Shown here in pieces: positions 40,997 through 55,443 of a stretch of 64,000 bases of DNA. The DNA comes from Octopus vulgaris. Its lineage: Eukaryota. The stretch's first letter is position 1. The number at the start of each line of letters is the position of its first letter. The stretch lies in assembly GCA_951406725.2 (NCBI GenBank), contig OX597816.1, positions 177,878,001 through 177,942,000 of the forward strand, read 5' to 3'. The translations under genes were made by a program, and so were the position numbers. The notes under the pieces were generated by a model. It ran no database searches and had not been told where the DNA came from. It worked only from the letters and a program-made list of their open reading frames with translations.

Positions 40997-41753
40997 CAGG
41001 GTGGTCCGAAAGCCTTATCAGGCCCTCCGAAACGTAATAAGAACAATAGAGGAACAATATAATAAAAAAAATATATGTACTGGCTTTAGTATATTCACTT
41101 CTATTGACACTGACTCTGTCACACATCAAAAAGGTCTGTATGAACAGCATCATTTTCGTGGCAAAAACCGATGCGGTGCCATGTCCTGCCTGATATATTA
41201 CGAACCTGAGTTTTGGTGATAGTTGCAAATCAGCCGAAACAGCGTCCTTCAACTGTTGGGTATTCTGGTACATGAGGAGGCGCAATGGCCCAGTGGTTAG
41301 GGCAGCGGACTCGCGGTCATAGGATCGCGGTTTCGATTCCCAGACCGGGCGTTGTGAGTGTTTATTGAGCGAAAACACCTAAAAGCTCCACGAGGCTCCG
41401 GCAGGGATGGTGGTGATCCCTGCTGTACTCCTTCACCACAACTTTCTCTCACTCTTACTTCCTGTTTCTGTTGTACCTGTATTTCAAAGGGCCGGCCTTG
41501 TCACTCTCTGTGTCACGCTGAATATCCCCGAGAACTACGTTAAGGGTACACGTGTCTGTGGAGTGCTCAGCCACTTACACGTTAATTTCACGAGCAGGCT
41601 GTTCCGTTGATTCGGATCAACCGGAACCCTCATCGTCGAAACCGACGGAGTGCTTCCGCTCTCTATTCTGGTACATGTGTTCGATATTATATTGTTCTTC
41701 TATTGTTCTTATTACTTTTCGGTAGGAGGTGACAAGACTTTAGGACCACCCTG
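40997..41753. mobile_element. Tc1/mariner-type MITE with TA TSD, interrupted by a SINE
   Basis: TA-CAGGGTGGTCC...GGACCACCCTG-TA, with imperfect TIRs extending ~70 bp. Confidence 0.8.
41276..41657 (+). mobile_element. tRNA-derived SINE family B (octopus OR-like) with 14-bp TSD
   Basis: tRNA-like head ggcgcaatggcccagtggttagggcagcggactcgcggtc..ggtttcgattccc. tattctggtacatg at 41261 and 41664. Confidence 0.9.
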
Positions 41754-41806
41754 TATGTGTGTTTTGTGTGTTATTGTGCCTGTCTTCTATATGTATACGC
41801 GCGCGT

Positions 41807-41861
<55 letters not shown>

Positions 41862-42837
41862 GGTATGTGAGAGAGAGATGTATACATGACATTCTACCTA
41901 GGCACCCAAAAATGATTCATTACTTTGAAATGTAATAAAAACTAGTTTTCTTTCAGATATTTCAATTCCCAACAGACACCTTGTCGTTGTGTAAGATTTG
42001 CAACCGCCAACAAAAAGCAGATAAGAAAATCAAACTCAAGAACCGAAACGGTAACGACAGGACGTATGCAAGGGAAACAAGCCTGCAAAAGTAGTCGCCC
42101 TTGAATATAGATTATTTTATATTTTTTATTCACAATTAGCTTAAAATACTCCGAGCGAACTTTTACACTGGCTCTTGCGGGGCGGGGGGGGGGGGGTTAA
42201 TTGGGATTCCAGCCACAAACTAAAGAGAGCTAAATAACATGACTACAATACGTCTACAATGACTATATGCCCCGGTGGTGTTGCATTAGAGGTGAAGGAT
42301 GACTGGGAATTAATTCTGTAATTCTATTGTTCCAATCCCTACTTGAATTCCAACTGTTGGCCAATTTCTCTCAAAGTTCATTTCTCAACATAAAATTAAT
42401 GAAGCGAATGTCATTTATCTCCCCCTTGATCTCTGACGTCATCTGACGAACGCCACCAAGATGGCGTGAGTCCAAGTACTTTTAAATCAGATCCCAATAC
42501 TAAATGTTCAAGAAGCAAATGAAGTGCAGATTTTCAATCCTGGATCACCCTGATTCCAAAAAGGTATAATATCTCTATATAGAGATACAGGGATCCCAGG
42601 CGAACAGACATAATTTCGCTTCTATTATTATAGATGAGATCAGTGTTAGTGTATTTAATGTGAGTTAAAAACAATCACAATATTGGTTTCAAATTTGGGC
42701 ACATGGCCGACAATTTCAGGGAGTAGGGGTAAGTCAATTACGCTTACACCAGTGCTCAACTAGTTCTTATTTTATCGACTCCGAAAAGAGGAAAGACAGA
42801 GTTTAAATCGGCGGAATTTTAACTCAGAACAGAAATA

Positions 42838-43220
42838 CTAGCAGTATCGCCCGGCGTTGCTCGGGTTTGTAAGGGAAATAACTATATAAGCATTTTTAGA
42901 GATGTAAAGTATAATAGCCATCTCAATATAGCTAACCACAAAGGGGGGGGTGTTACTGTAGCTTTTTACGTTCTGAGATTTAATAATAAATTTTTAGAGA
43001 GTTACTTCTCTTATATATGCCAAAAATGCATTAAAAATGGGAAAAATTGATGGTAATTTTTTTTAAATCATAGACTCATCGTAGATGCACGCTAATACCC
43101 AGAAGGGCTCGATATGAATCACGACTATAAGATACCCGGTTTTGGTTAAACTGCACCGCAAAATGTGGGAGTAGTTAGGAATCTAAATCGTAGGAGACAG
43201 ACAGCACACAACCTCACTTT

Positions 43221-43228
<8 letters not shown>
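42838..43228 (-). mobile_element. Non-autonomous Helitron, family H1
   Basis: Near-identical to 30936-31330. Confidence 0.85.
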
Positions 43229-43259
<31 letters not shown>

Positions 43260-43321
43260 ATGTATGTATTTATATATATATGCATATATATATATATATA
43301 TGCATATATATACATATATAT

Positions 43322-43504
43322 ACTCTTTTACTTGTTTCAGTCATTTGACTGTGGCCATACTGGAGCACCACCTATAGTCGAGTAAATCGACCCCAGAACT
43401 TATTCGGTCTTTTTACCGAACCGCTAAGTTATGGGGACGTAAACACACCAGCATCGGTTATCAAGTCATGTTGGGGGGGGACAAACACAAACACAAACAC
43501 ACAA

Positions 43505-43598
<94 letters not shown>

Positions 43599-43861
43599 AA
43601 ACAAGTCAAAAATAGAAAATGCTAAAATAATTTTATAGTGAACATTTCAGTACCGGTTTCGGTCATTTTGAGACCTTTTCAACTGTAACGATTAAATAAT
43701 TAAATTTAGAAAAATTAGAAGAAAAGTTTTTTTAAAAGAATATTTCTATAGTAGTGTTCAGATTTAAATATATATATATATATATAAGACGGGCTTCTTT
43801 CAGTTTCCGTCTACCAAATCCACTCACAAGGCTTTGGTCGTCCCGAGACTATAGTAGAAGA

Positions 43862-43862
<1 letters not shown>
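43322..43862 (-). mobile_element. SINE family A body with head replaced by a U6 fragment and an HHR repeat nested in its microsatellite
   Basis: 43322-43500 and 43786-43862 match family A. Confidence 0.8.
43648..43685 (-). ncRNA. Minimal hammerhead ribozyme with U3-A8 core variant
   Basis: CAG-TTGAAAA-GGTCtcaaaatGACC-GAAA-CCGG-TA-CTG. Confidence 0.7.
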
Positions 43863-44022
<160 letters not shown>

Positions 44023-44242
44023 CATATATACATACATATATATATTAGTAGTTAAGTGAATTATCCTAGTATGGATAATTCGGTTAACCGATACCCGGGT
44101 AGCAAATTTACGTCAGAAAACACGGTTGAAGCTACATGCCAAGGCCAGAAATTACGTACTTTCGTGTGGAAATTTGTGTATTTTTTTACTATAAATAAAT
44201 GAAAGAATGGAGTCGAACGACGATTTAACAAAATTCCTTTAT

Positions 44243-44323
44243 TCTCGACATATGTTTCGAAGACTGCATACTCTTAATTCCGAAGGAATAAAGGGTGCAG
44301 TATGCCGCCTTCTCATCAGGAAA
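44243..44323 (-). ncRNA. Type I hammerhead ribozyme, left arm
   Basis: TTTC-CTGATGA-GAAGGC...GTCTTC-GAAA-CATATG-TC-GAGA. Confidence 0.8.
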
Positions 44324-44468
44324 GACAACGAACTTATGTCAGCATCGTGACGAACAAAAACTTTTAGATGACTGCCCACACGAAGTCCACTCATTATCAC
44401 TATGGACTCCCTGTGGGCAGTCACCTAAAAGTTTTTGTTCGTCATGATGCTGAAATAAGTTCCTTGTC

Positions 44469-44549
44469 TTTCCTGATGAGAAGGCGGCATAATGCACCCT
44501 TTTTTCCTTCGGAATTAAGAATATGCAGTCTTCGAAACATATGTCGAGA
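44469..44549 (+). ncRNA. Type I hammerhead ribozyme, right arm
   Basis: TTTC-CTGATGA-GAAGGC...GTCTTC-GAAA-CATATG-TC-GAGA, with a canonical GUC site. Confidence 0.85.
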
Positions 44550-44611
44550 ATAAAGGAATTTTGTTAAATCGTCGTTCGACTCCATTCTTTCATTTACATA
44601 TATATATATAT

Positions 44612-44920
44612 CACGTGACTCTTCTTTGTGACCGACCAGACCATCAGATGTTGTTACACATCGCTGGTCACAATGCATTCGCATTGTTTTTTAGCCTTCG
44701 AATGACGCCAACCCGCTGGCTAAGCGAGCAGGCCAACAGAAGAAAGAGTGAGAGAAAGTGTGGTGAAAGAGTACAACAAGGATCACCACCCCCTGCCGGA
44801 GCCTCGTGGAGCATTTTAGGTGTTTTCGCTCAATAAACACTCACAACGCCCGGTCTAGGAATCGAAACCGCGATCCTACGACCGCGAGTCCGCTGCCCTA
44901 ACCACTGGGCCATTGCGCCT

Positions 44921-44922
<2 letters not shown>
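44612..44922 (-). mobile_element. SINE family B head with an alternative 3' half (OR2-like subfamily)
   Basis: 44740-44922 matches the family B head. 44612-44740 differs from the 41276 tail. Confidence 0.75.
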
Positions 44923-44957
<35 letters not shown>

Positions 44958-45018
44958 TATATATAGGTTATAAAATGAGATAGGGGTTGAAAATTCAACC
45001 CACCATGGGATAATATAT

Positions 45019-45074
<56 letters not shown>

Positions 45075-45450
45075 ATAAATATAAAACATATATCGATGAT
45101 ATATATATATACACCATAAATTTTTATTAACTTTTATAGCTTTAGAATTTTATGAACTGTACCACGGATTTAATTATTATTTTTCATCTCCATATGTGTT
45201 AGCCCTTTTTTTTTTTTATAAAAAAAACTATTAGCCAAATATGTATAATATCGGTACTTATTAATATTAATATATACACTGTTATATATTTTGTTTTATA
45301 TTGTTCTGTTTACCTTCCTTTTTGTACAAATGTGTATTATATTATATAAGTGTAGCATTATGATATATAAGTTTTTATATTTTACATTCTTATATTTTTA
45401 TATATATATATGATTATATAATATTTTTCACTATTATAACAAATATTTAA

Positions 45451-45554
45451 TTCTCTGAAGAGCCGTGGCATCCTGTTAATGCCTCATTTATACCTGCCTT
45501 TATGGCTTATATAAATGAGGTATGACTGTCCTCACTGCCAAACAGCTGTCAGTT
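45451..45554 (+). ncRNA. Degenerate hammerhead motif with a long stem II
   Basis: CTGAAGA-GCCGTG...ATGCCTCATTTATA/TATAAATGAGGTAT...CACTGC-CAAA-CAGCTG-TC. G12 is mutated to C. Confidence 0.5.
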
Positions 45555-45754
45555 TTGATTTATTTGCATATTATATTTGAAAAATTTTTACTTATATCTC
45601 TTTATCTTTTACTTTTACTATTACTGTATATCTCATTTCATTTATATATTGCCTTTACTCATATGTAATGGTGTATTAAAGTATGGATTAGTATCATCGG
45701 ATAGTTGATGTTTTACTGATTTAAGTATGTTTCTCCATTCTCTAATTTTGTAGT

Positions 45755-46074
<320 letters not shown>

Positions 46075-47277
46075 AAGTCGGAAGATTTAAAGTTTCGAAG
46101 TAAAAACAAAAACATGTTCGAGGTATAAATGATGTAAAGTTACTATATCCCAAAAGGGAAACCGGGTTGTGGTTTCGATTCCACGGAAAAACTGGGCCTC
46201 TCTACTCCTTGATACGCGTCAACTGTTTTGTAGAAGATAGGGAATAATTGTTACTAGTTACCTATTTTATATACACTCGGAGGGATAAAAGATAAAGTCG
46301 ACCAAGAAGATTTTTTAACTCATACCCTTAGAAAGAAAATAACGATAAGTAAAGTTTGTGTAGTGTTTTATCGTTTCAGCAACTTCCCGCCATGTTTTAA
46401 AGAAAAAACATCATTACTTGTTTGACCTTGTCTCCGTCATTCCTTATTTTTTTTTTTTTTCATACGTGAGAAATATTTTTGTGAGAGTGAGTACATGTGT
46501 TTTGAATATTAACTCTTATCTAATAAGTGTGACCTCTATTTTGGCAGATAGATCTCGTATCTATTTCAAATATATGTATCTTACAGACATTATTATATCT
46601 TCAATTATAATTTTTTACTTTACAATACATAACAATAAGCAAGTACACAATATCTTCGCAGTATTATCTCTCGATAATATCTGAAAACTATCTCTGGTAT
46701 GTTCCGTTAACGATTCGTAAAGCGTGACCTCTAGCAATTTTGTTATTTATTTATTTGTTAGGGGAAAAGACTAGGTAAACTATAACAACTAATATTTCTG
46801 GCTGTTATTTATATGCCATGCTTGTACGAAATACTAACAAAAACCGAGAGTGGGAAGAAATATGGATCTTGAAATATTAATATCTTCCACACTGCCGCTG
46901 GTCCCCGAGGGTGAAATACAGTGTTAACCCTTTCGCAATGTGATTCGAACTTATGAATTGCGAAAACTTTTTTTTATTAAGGACCCAACAGGTGAGCCTA
47001 ATCGACAGCGTTGTTAATTACGTGTGTGTGTATTTGTGTGTGTGAATTGTAAGCTGAGAGTAATAGTGCCTTTGGTTACAAATTTCCAGTGTGCACGGAC
47101 GACTGTGTTCCTTACTTAAACCTCAGATAGTGCAGCCATGCAGTTAGATCTAAGTCTAGGATATTTTCCAGCCTATGGAAACAACAACTTCTATGATTCT
47201 TGCAGATCTTACCTCACTCTCCACCGTACTTTTATCATCTGAAAGGCTAGAGAAACATTTGTAACCAGCCTCCTACA

Positions 47278-47329
<52 letters not shown>

Positions 47330-47709
47330 CTCTCTCTCTCTAACTCACTCCCTCTCTTTCCCTCTTTTCACAGGAAAGCTTTCATAGTTAAACATTAATC
47401 CTATCCATCCTACCAGTGTAGATTCACCAAATCCTTTTTTTTCTTTCTAGCCATCCTTCTCCTGCCCCAGCTAATTCTTAGCATAAGAATAACAAAAAAA
47501 GCCTTTGAAATGTTACTCCGTGGAACGAACAACATGGATAACCTGATGAAAAATTGAAGATTTGTAATTTTCTCATCCATGTCCTGGACATTTTTTTATG
47601 TGCTGGGCATGACTTTAAAATGCATCCAGTTGTAGGACCCTAGTTCGGGAGTTCAAGGACTTTGAGGAGTGTATAACGACCTCTTATCCACTGTTGTACC
47701 CAGGCCTAT

Positions 47710-48098
47710 GGAGGCGCAATGGCCCAGTGGTTAGGGCAGCGGACTCGCGGTCATAGGATCGCGGTTTCGATTCCCAGACCGGGCGTTGTGAGTGTTTATT
47801 GAGCGAAAACACCTAAAGCTCCACGAGGCTCCGGCAGGGGATGGTGGTGATCCCTGTTGTACTCTTTCACCACAACTTTCTCTCACTCTTACTTCCTGTT
47901 TCTGTTGTACCTGTATTTCAAGGGCCGGCCTTGTCACTCTCTGTGTCACGCTGAATATCCCCGAGAACTACGTTAAGGGTGCACGTGTCTGTGGAGTGCT
48001 CAGCCACTTACACGTTAATTTCACGAGCAGGCTGTTCCGTTGATTCGGATCAACCGGAACCCTCATCGTCGTAACCGACGGAGTGCTTCCATCCATCC
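47710..48098 (+). mobile_element. SINE family B with 11-bp TSD and (CCAT)n tail
   Basis: acccaggccta at 47698 and 48099. Near-identical to 41276-41657. Confidence 0.9.
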
Positions 48099-48704
48099 AC
48101 CCAGGCCTACTCTGACTTGGAGTTATAGCGCCTGTTAGGGTCCCAGCTATGATTTAATTAGCATATCAAGGCTCACCTACCTATGCATGTGAAGGTGGAT
48201 CAACATGAGCTTTGCGTTTCAGTCTTCAGTTAGACATCATTTTATGAGTCCATTTCATTGATATAATTCACTGTTACAAACAGCAACTTTGTAAAAAACT
48301 AAAAATGAAATGTTTTGGGGTTTAATGTAATGTTGCAATGCAATCTTGTGGACTTCGACAAGGCAATTAAAAAATTATACCAAGGTATTTCCTTGAAAAT
48401 AGGTCTTCGATGGAATCCGACGAATCCAATACTAACGGACCAGACTAACCCAAAGTTCTAAGCCAGTTTCTAATTACATTTTTAATGCGTTAATAACAGA
48501 GATAACAATTTTACTTTCTAATCAGAGTTTGGCATTTTCCTGTAATTCGTCTAGGAAACGTACCATAAGAATTGCACCATTAACTTCTCTAATCCCGCTC
48601 CTCCCCCCACACACACACGCATGCATACATAGACACACACATGCACTCACGCACACATACACACACACGCACACACATGTGAATGTATGTATATGTACAT
48701 ATAT

Positions 48705-48922
48705 ACATACATACATAATACATACATACATACATACATACATACATACATACATACATACATACATACATACATACATACATACATACATACATACATA
48801 CATACATACATACATACATACATACATACATACATACATACATACATACATACATACATACATACATACATACATACATACATACATACATACATACATA
48901 CATACATACATACATACAAACA

Positions 48923-48955
<33 letters not shown>

Positions 48956-48985
48956 GCATACATACATATATGCATACATACATAC
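48705..48985. repeat. (ACAT)n microsatellite
   Basis: Direct reading. Confidence 0.95.
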
Positions 48986-49053
48986 ACCAACCTTCATGTT
49001 TTCTCCACGTTTTTTCTCATTTTTTTACTGGCCAGCGTCCTTGTATTTCAAAA

Positions 49054-49563
49054 TCTATATATATAAAACTGTAGTTGTGTGAGTGTCTGTCCCCTTCGAT
49101 TTAGATTCCTAACTCCTCCCACATTTTGCGGTGCAGTTTAACCAAATTCGGGTATCTTATAGTCGTGATTCATATCGAGCCCGTCTGGCTATTAGCGCGC
49201 GTCTACGATGAGTCTACGATTTGAAAAATAATTTAACATCATTTTTTATTCCATTTTAATGCATAATTTTTCGTGTGTCGATGGCGGCGGAGTTGGCGTC
49301 CATGGTCACACCTGCACCTGTTTGCTTCTCCCCCTTCCCTCCCTCGTGAAGCTGTGGGGAAGGGAGTGTAAGGAAATCAACGTCGTAAAGCGTTCTCAAG
49401 GAGACCAGCGTTCTTTTAGAACAACGACTTCATGGCTAGAAGACACCAAAACAGAAATGGCTAAGAAAGCCCGAATTGGCATCTATAAGGGAAGTAACTC
49501 TCTAAAAATGCTTATATAGTTATTTCCCTTACAAACCCGAGCAACGCCGGGCGATACTGCTAG
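49054..49563 (+). mobile_element. Non-autonomous Helitron, family H1, long form
   Basis: Near-identical to 4208-4719. A|TC...CTAG|T. Confidence 0.85.
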
Positions 49564-49714
49564 TTATATATAATGCATAAACAGAGCCTGAAAGATTACT
49601 TTAAGATGCATGGCGTATTTTATAAATATTCGAGTATCATAATAGCATGAAACTTAGTAGCATTTTTTCGGTTATCTAATTATATATATATATATATATA
49701 CATATTCTTTTTCT

Positions 49715-50110
49715 ATTTTTACTTGTTTCAGTCATATGAATGCGGCCATGCTGGAGCACCGCCTTAAAAGGTTTTTTTAGTCCAAGAAATTGGCCCCATG
49801 ACTTATTCTTTGTAATCCTAATATTTATTCCATCGGTCTTTTTGCCAAATTGCCAAGTTACAGGGACGTAAACACAACAATATCGGTTGTCAAGCGATAG
49901 TGATGATAACCACACACACACACACATAAATATATATATATATACGGCAGATTTCTTTTAGTTTCCGTCTACCAAATCCATTCACAAGGTTTTGGTCGGC
50001 CCGAGGCTATGGTAAAAGACACTTTACCCCAGGTGTCATGCAGTGGGATTGAACCTGGAACCATGCGATTGGAGAGCGAAGTTCTTTCCACACAGCCACT
50101 CCTGCGCCTA
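49715..50110 (-). mobile_element. SINE family A, diverged
   Basis: Similar to 16670-17086. Confidence 0.75.
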
Positions 50111-50119
50111 TATATTTTA

Positions 50120-50266
50120 ATAGGCGCAGGAGTGGCTGTGTGGAAAGTAGCTTGCTAACCAACCACATGGTTCCGGGTTCAGTCCCACTGCGTGGCATCT
50201 TGGGCATCTCGGGCCGACCAAAGCCTTGTGAGTAGATTTGGTAGACGGAAACTGAAAGAAGCCTGT

Positions 50267-50300
<34 letters not shown>

Positions 50301-50344
50301 ACGCAGTGGGACTGAACCCGGAACCATGTGGTTGGTTAGCAAGC

Positions 50345-50428
<84 letters not shown>

Positions 50429-50615
50429 GTGTTTGTGTGACAACCGATGCTGGTGTGTTTACGTCCCCGTCACTTAGCGGTTCGGCAAAAGAGACCGATA
50501 GAATAAGTACTGGGCTTACAAAGAATAAATCCCGGGGTCGATTTGCTCGACTAAAGGCGGTGCTCCAGCATGGCCGCAGTCAAATGACTGAAACAAGTAA
50601 AAGAGTAAGAGAGTA
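50120..50615 (+). mobile_element. SINE family A with an internal inverted head fragment (50297-50347)
   Basis: Matches 22895-23298. Confidence 0.8.
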
Positions 50616-51819
50616 AAGAGAGAGTATGCATTCATCCGCTAAATTTACTCCCTTCATTGTAAGCGATGAGTTCTTGGTTATACGAACCAACAACTAACCT
50701 GTTGGAGATATTTGCAGGAGCAATATGTTTTACATTGGCACGTGGTTACCAATGTACAGAAAAGGATTATAGCCCAATAAACCTAGTCGCTGGTACTATG
50801 TCATCGTTGTTATTGTTTAACCGCAGGGGAATCATAATTAAGCAGACCTATGATTGAAGGCTATCACCATCGTATCTTTTTAAGAGTTTCTAAAATTATA
50901 TTAACTAATGTACGGGTTGCGTTATCAGCTGTTGACTTGAAACCACTTGTAAATGACAATGAAACCACTTGTCCATATTTCATAGACCCCGAAATTGTGA
51001 AGCAGGATTTGAACACAGAATAAGATAGAAATTTAATCATTTAATATAATATTATATATTCTACTTCAGTACTTCTTGTAGGTCACTGATTTGTCAATCA
51101 TTAGCATAAATCGATGTTTGTCGAAATCTTTTTGAATGACAACATGAAATGACACGCACACTGTTAAAGCTTTCTCATTTCCTAGATTCATTTGCTAATA
51201 TTGTTTGTTTTCCTTTTCCTTCTTTTTTTTAAAATCTTCATTCAATCGATTTGTAACGGATGATCTGTCACTGCAAATATTTCCGACAATTACTTCACCA
51301 TCAATATACTTCCGTTCCTCTTTGACTGCTCTCAACCAGTAAATCCACGCAAAGTATATTCCTTCGTTTGATCAGATATTCATTTTATTTTATCCTCGTT
51401 GACTATTCCTCTCCAAAATCTCAATTTCCATTTACTACCAACTATTTCTGTGTTGATGGTTCATAGATTAGATCAACGATTTTAGTCTGCACATACGACG
51501 CATGGTCGTTCTGATTAACTGATTCTTCATTTCGTTCAGCATAATTATGTGAGAATTAGTTTTCTATTTTTGAAACAAGCCAAGTCGAAGAAATATTCAT
51601 ATCGCATAAATTTGGATAGAGATGATTCATTGATAGAAGGTTCATTCGACTTTTATAGTGCAGCACGGTAACTCATTGAACTTACTACACTATGATAATG
51701 ATATTTCATCGGCCCTGGCAGGATGGGATGAAATGCAAAATTGACCCGCGATTTGAACCCAGAAGGTAGTGATTTCGTACAATTATTCGGTACTGAAAAA
51801 TATAAATTTTATCTTTTAT

Positions 51820-52157
51820 CTTTTAATTGCTTCAGTCATTAGACTGCAGCCATGCTGGAACACCCCCTTGAGGAATTTCTAGTCGAATAAACAGACCCAG
51901 TATTTATTTTTTAAAACCCGAGTCTCTTTTGCCGAACCGCTGTAACGGGAACGCAAATACACCAAAACCGGTTGTCAAACAGTGGTGGTGGACAAACACA
52001 AAAGCAGGCTTCTTTCAGTTTCCGCCCGCCAAAGTGAATGTCTTCTACTATAGCCCAAAGCTATAGTAGAAGACAGTCGCTCAAGGTGCCACGCAGTGGG
52101 GCTGAACCCGGAACCAATGTGGTTGGGAACAAACTTCTTACCACACAGCCACGCCTG
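51820..52157 (-). mobile_element. SINE family A, diverged and rearranged
   Basis: Recognisable tail and head segments. Confidence 0.65.
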
Positions 52158-54477
52158 CTTTGCAAAGGGATTTAACCCATAGAGAGTTTTCTTGATCCCT
52201 TCTTAGAACCTGAATTCAATCACGTGCCCACTACCCAGAATTTTCTTCTTCACTACTTCACATTTGGAGCGAAAAGAAGGAACTGGTAAAGTTAATTTTT
52301 TTGTACTAAAACTAGTTTTCATCCATTTATCGATATTTCAAATTATTTTTAAAAGCTTACGTAATTAAGTAGACTAGCACCTACATTTTTTTTTTGTAGA
52401 ATAAAGCTTCAATTCATTTGAAAAAAATGATTACCCAGGAAAACTTTTCACGCTTTCATTCACCCTCAGGATGGCAAAAGAATCAATTAGTTCAATTTTC
52501 TCTCTACTTTCCCGGCTCTTTACAACAAAAAGCTTCACAGATATGGAGAGAATTATCATTTTTGGAAACGAGGAGTCAAAGCTTGAACTGAAAATCAAAA
52601 CCAAAGTGGGCAGAAAGGAATGTCATTGTTATTTTGGTTCCAAGTACTATGAATAGTGCGAGTGGATGATGGGATGTCCCATTTTGAACAAAAAAAATTC
52701 GATGGAAGCATTTTCATTTTTGGATGTCTATAAAAACTTGATGGATTTAGATGGATTGAAATGCAAGCAGAAATTAGTTTATGCCACAGATTTTGCAATG
52801 CAAGTGTCAATCATCCAAGAAGTTGCAGAAATAATACAGGAACTTGAACTAAATCAAGCTCAGCCGTTGACTACTGCTTTAGTAGGATATTCAAATGCAT
52901 GAAACACTATCAACAATAGCGGAGTTGCCAGTTAATATAAGACTCACTTGACTACCCACCAGATTTTAGAAGAGTTAGGCTATGCAATACCACTGCAAAA
53001 ACTCCGGCTGAATTTAATATCAGAAGAGGAGTTTGAAATATCAAGCGCTCACTACCATATGATGCTACGAGATTCCATAAATCTCATTGTTTGTATGATC
53101 CAGCCAACAGGGTTGACAGGAAAGAAATAGAGCTTTAGAAATATTGAAGAAGTGACAGAGGCTATCCTAGAAACGAAAGAGAATTATAGGCATTGTACAG
53201 AACACAAGATCAGGAATAGGATGAGTTCGGAACAAATGGCTATCTCACCAGAATAATAAAGGCAAATGAGATACTGTGACCCCCCCCCCCCAAAAAAAAA
53301 ACATCATATTGAAGCGGGAGAGGGTGCAAATAAAGCTGCAGAGTCGGGAAGCTAATGTGTAAGGGTGTCATAGCAGACAGGTAAACAAGTTGCATCAGCA
53401 TGGCCGCAGCTCTGAGCTGAAACTGGAGAGAGAACAAAAATGGAGTCAAGCAGCCATTCCGCCAGAGACAGGTGTATGTGCTTCCATTCACAGTCGGTAT
53501 TAGATGGATGGATGCTTGGATGACACAAGCGGTTGTCATCATGCCGAAGTTATGCATTCATATTGTATGCTTTGGCAGAATGTAAGTCATTTCTTACAGA
53601 AAATGCCTTAAAGTCATGAGTATATTTGTTAACTCGCGGAAACCAACAGTGTTAATGCAATGAGAATTAATATATAGTTACATCCTGTTGTTTTCCACAA
53701 GGAAAATAAAAAGAATAATGTAGAAGCGTAGGCAAAGGAAAGCCAATCTCACAGTGCAAGCAATATGTAAAATGTGTACAAAACGGGCTTGTTCATTCAT
53801 TCCCTTGACCCCCCCACCCCCAAAAAAACCTGGCGAATATCTTACTAACAGTTACACGTAAGGGAATACCAGGACGTTTGCTATTGTGTGGAACTTGACA
53901 CCTTTTTTTTAACAGTATTGCAATCAGTATTGCATCTCTTCAGTCTTCTGGAACCATTCTACACGTTGACAGTCAATGTGACCGCAAGCTTAGCCATTAA
54001 ACACCTCGCCCAGCTTAATATTTCCGGTTTTAGTGCTCTTAATTCCGCCGGTCTTTTCTGAATTAATCTATTTAATGAGTGTATATTATGGACTTTTGTG
54101 TCGTTAAACGACGGATGAGATTTCTGCAATTTTTTGCTGAAAAACTACATAGCTGCCTTGTTTATAGTGATTACATGTCAGTGTTCACATAAGCCCATTC
54201 CCTGCATCAAATCGATATTACCTCTACAGGAACACAAATGCGTTACGCATCAGATATTGAAATGTTTGCAGAGCAATGTGAAAAAGAGTTTTGCTGAAGA
54301 ACACAACGCACCGCACGGTCTGAGAAATGAAACCACGACCTCACGATCCTGAGTGTAACACCATAACCACAAGTTCGTGAGCTTTACTAATAGACAGACA
54401 GACAGACAGATAGATAGACAGACAGACAGGCAAGCAGACAAACAGGCAGACAGACAGACAGAAAGATAGATTGAAAT

Positions 54478-54557
<80 letters not shown>

Positions 54558-55443
54558 TTCCTGGCTGTGTCAAAAAGTAACTTAGCCACTGTTCATCAAA
54601 TATCGATAAAATAAATACCAGGCTGAAATAATTACTCGGATCAATATGATCGAAGCCTCGAAACGAGTGACAGAGCAAACATGCAGTTCAATGTCTAAGA
54701 CTACCAAAGAGTAAAAGAATTATTATAGCATTCCAATGATATTTCATGATGGTGACCATCAGCCATGTAGTTTTTAGCTAAATTTCTTCATACATCAGGC
54801 ATTGTTTTGGACTTCTCCGTAGAAAATGAAGTGAAAATATCCTAGACCACATAAATATTTCATTATCAATATTATCACTATTGCATTACGGGAGCAAAAT
54901 CGCTCCTGACTTTCGACAAATTAGATGCAAATTGCAGATTCACAGAAATTAAATTCGCATCGAGTAATAAGTTTTAAATAAGAAACTTATCGATCATCCT
55001 GCCCTATTTCAACGATCGATACAAAATGGTAAGATATTCAAAATAACTCAGGCATAAACGTAAAAAGCTAAATAAATGAATATATATTTGTCTTATAAGA
55101 AAAATAAATAACTGCACGAAAGAAAAAAACACACATTGGAAATATATATAGCATAAATTATAAAAGTATTTAAATCTCAACTCGGGAAACTAAATTTTTA
55201 GAAATAGAGTAGTAAAAAGGAAAATAAAAAAGTATATCCAAATGTAAAGCAGTGTGGAAAGAAAGTTATATATATATATAAAAAATTAGAAAAAAAACAC
55301 CTTTTATCAATTCAAAATGAACAATTAAATTACACCATCTAGAAAATTACATATAATAGAAATATTAAAATTATAATAACAATAAAATATCAATAATTGA
55401 GTAAATTGCAAAAAAAATAATAAAACGTATGTAATTGGTAGAA

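Larger units (their letters stand above)
44045..44596. mobile_element. Fold-back non-coding HHR element in (TA)n
   Basis: Inverted arms 44196-44389 and 44403-44596, with several mismatches and a 13-nt spacer. The left arm extends to ~44045. Confidence 0.8.

Noticed and set aside
41276-41350. tRNA-like sequence (also at 10777, 44850 and 47710)
   Set aside because: SINE head continuing into a repeated body with TSDs; no proper cloverleaf acceptor stem.
51200-53600. Coding-like degenerate stretches (51200-51560 minus; 52400-53600 plus)
   Set aside because: Probably old transposon remnants, but no motif could be assigned confidently.
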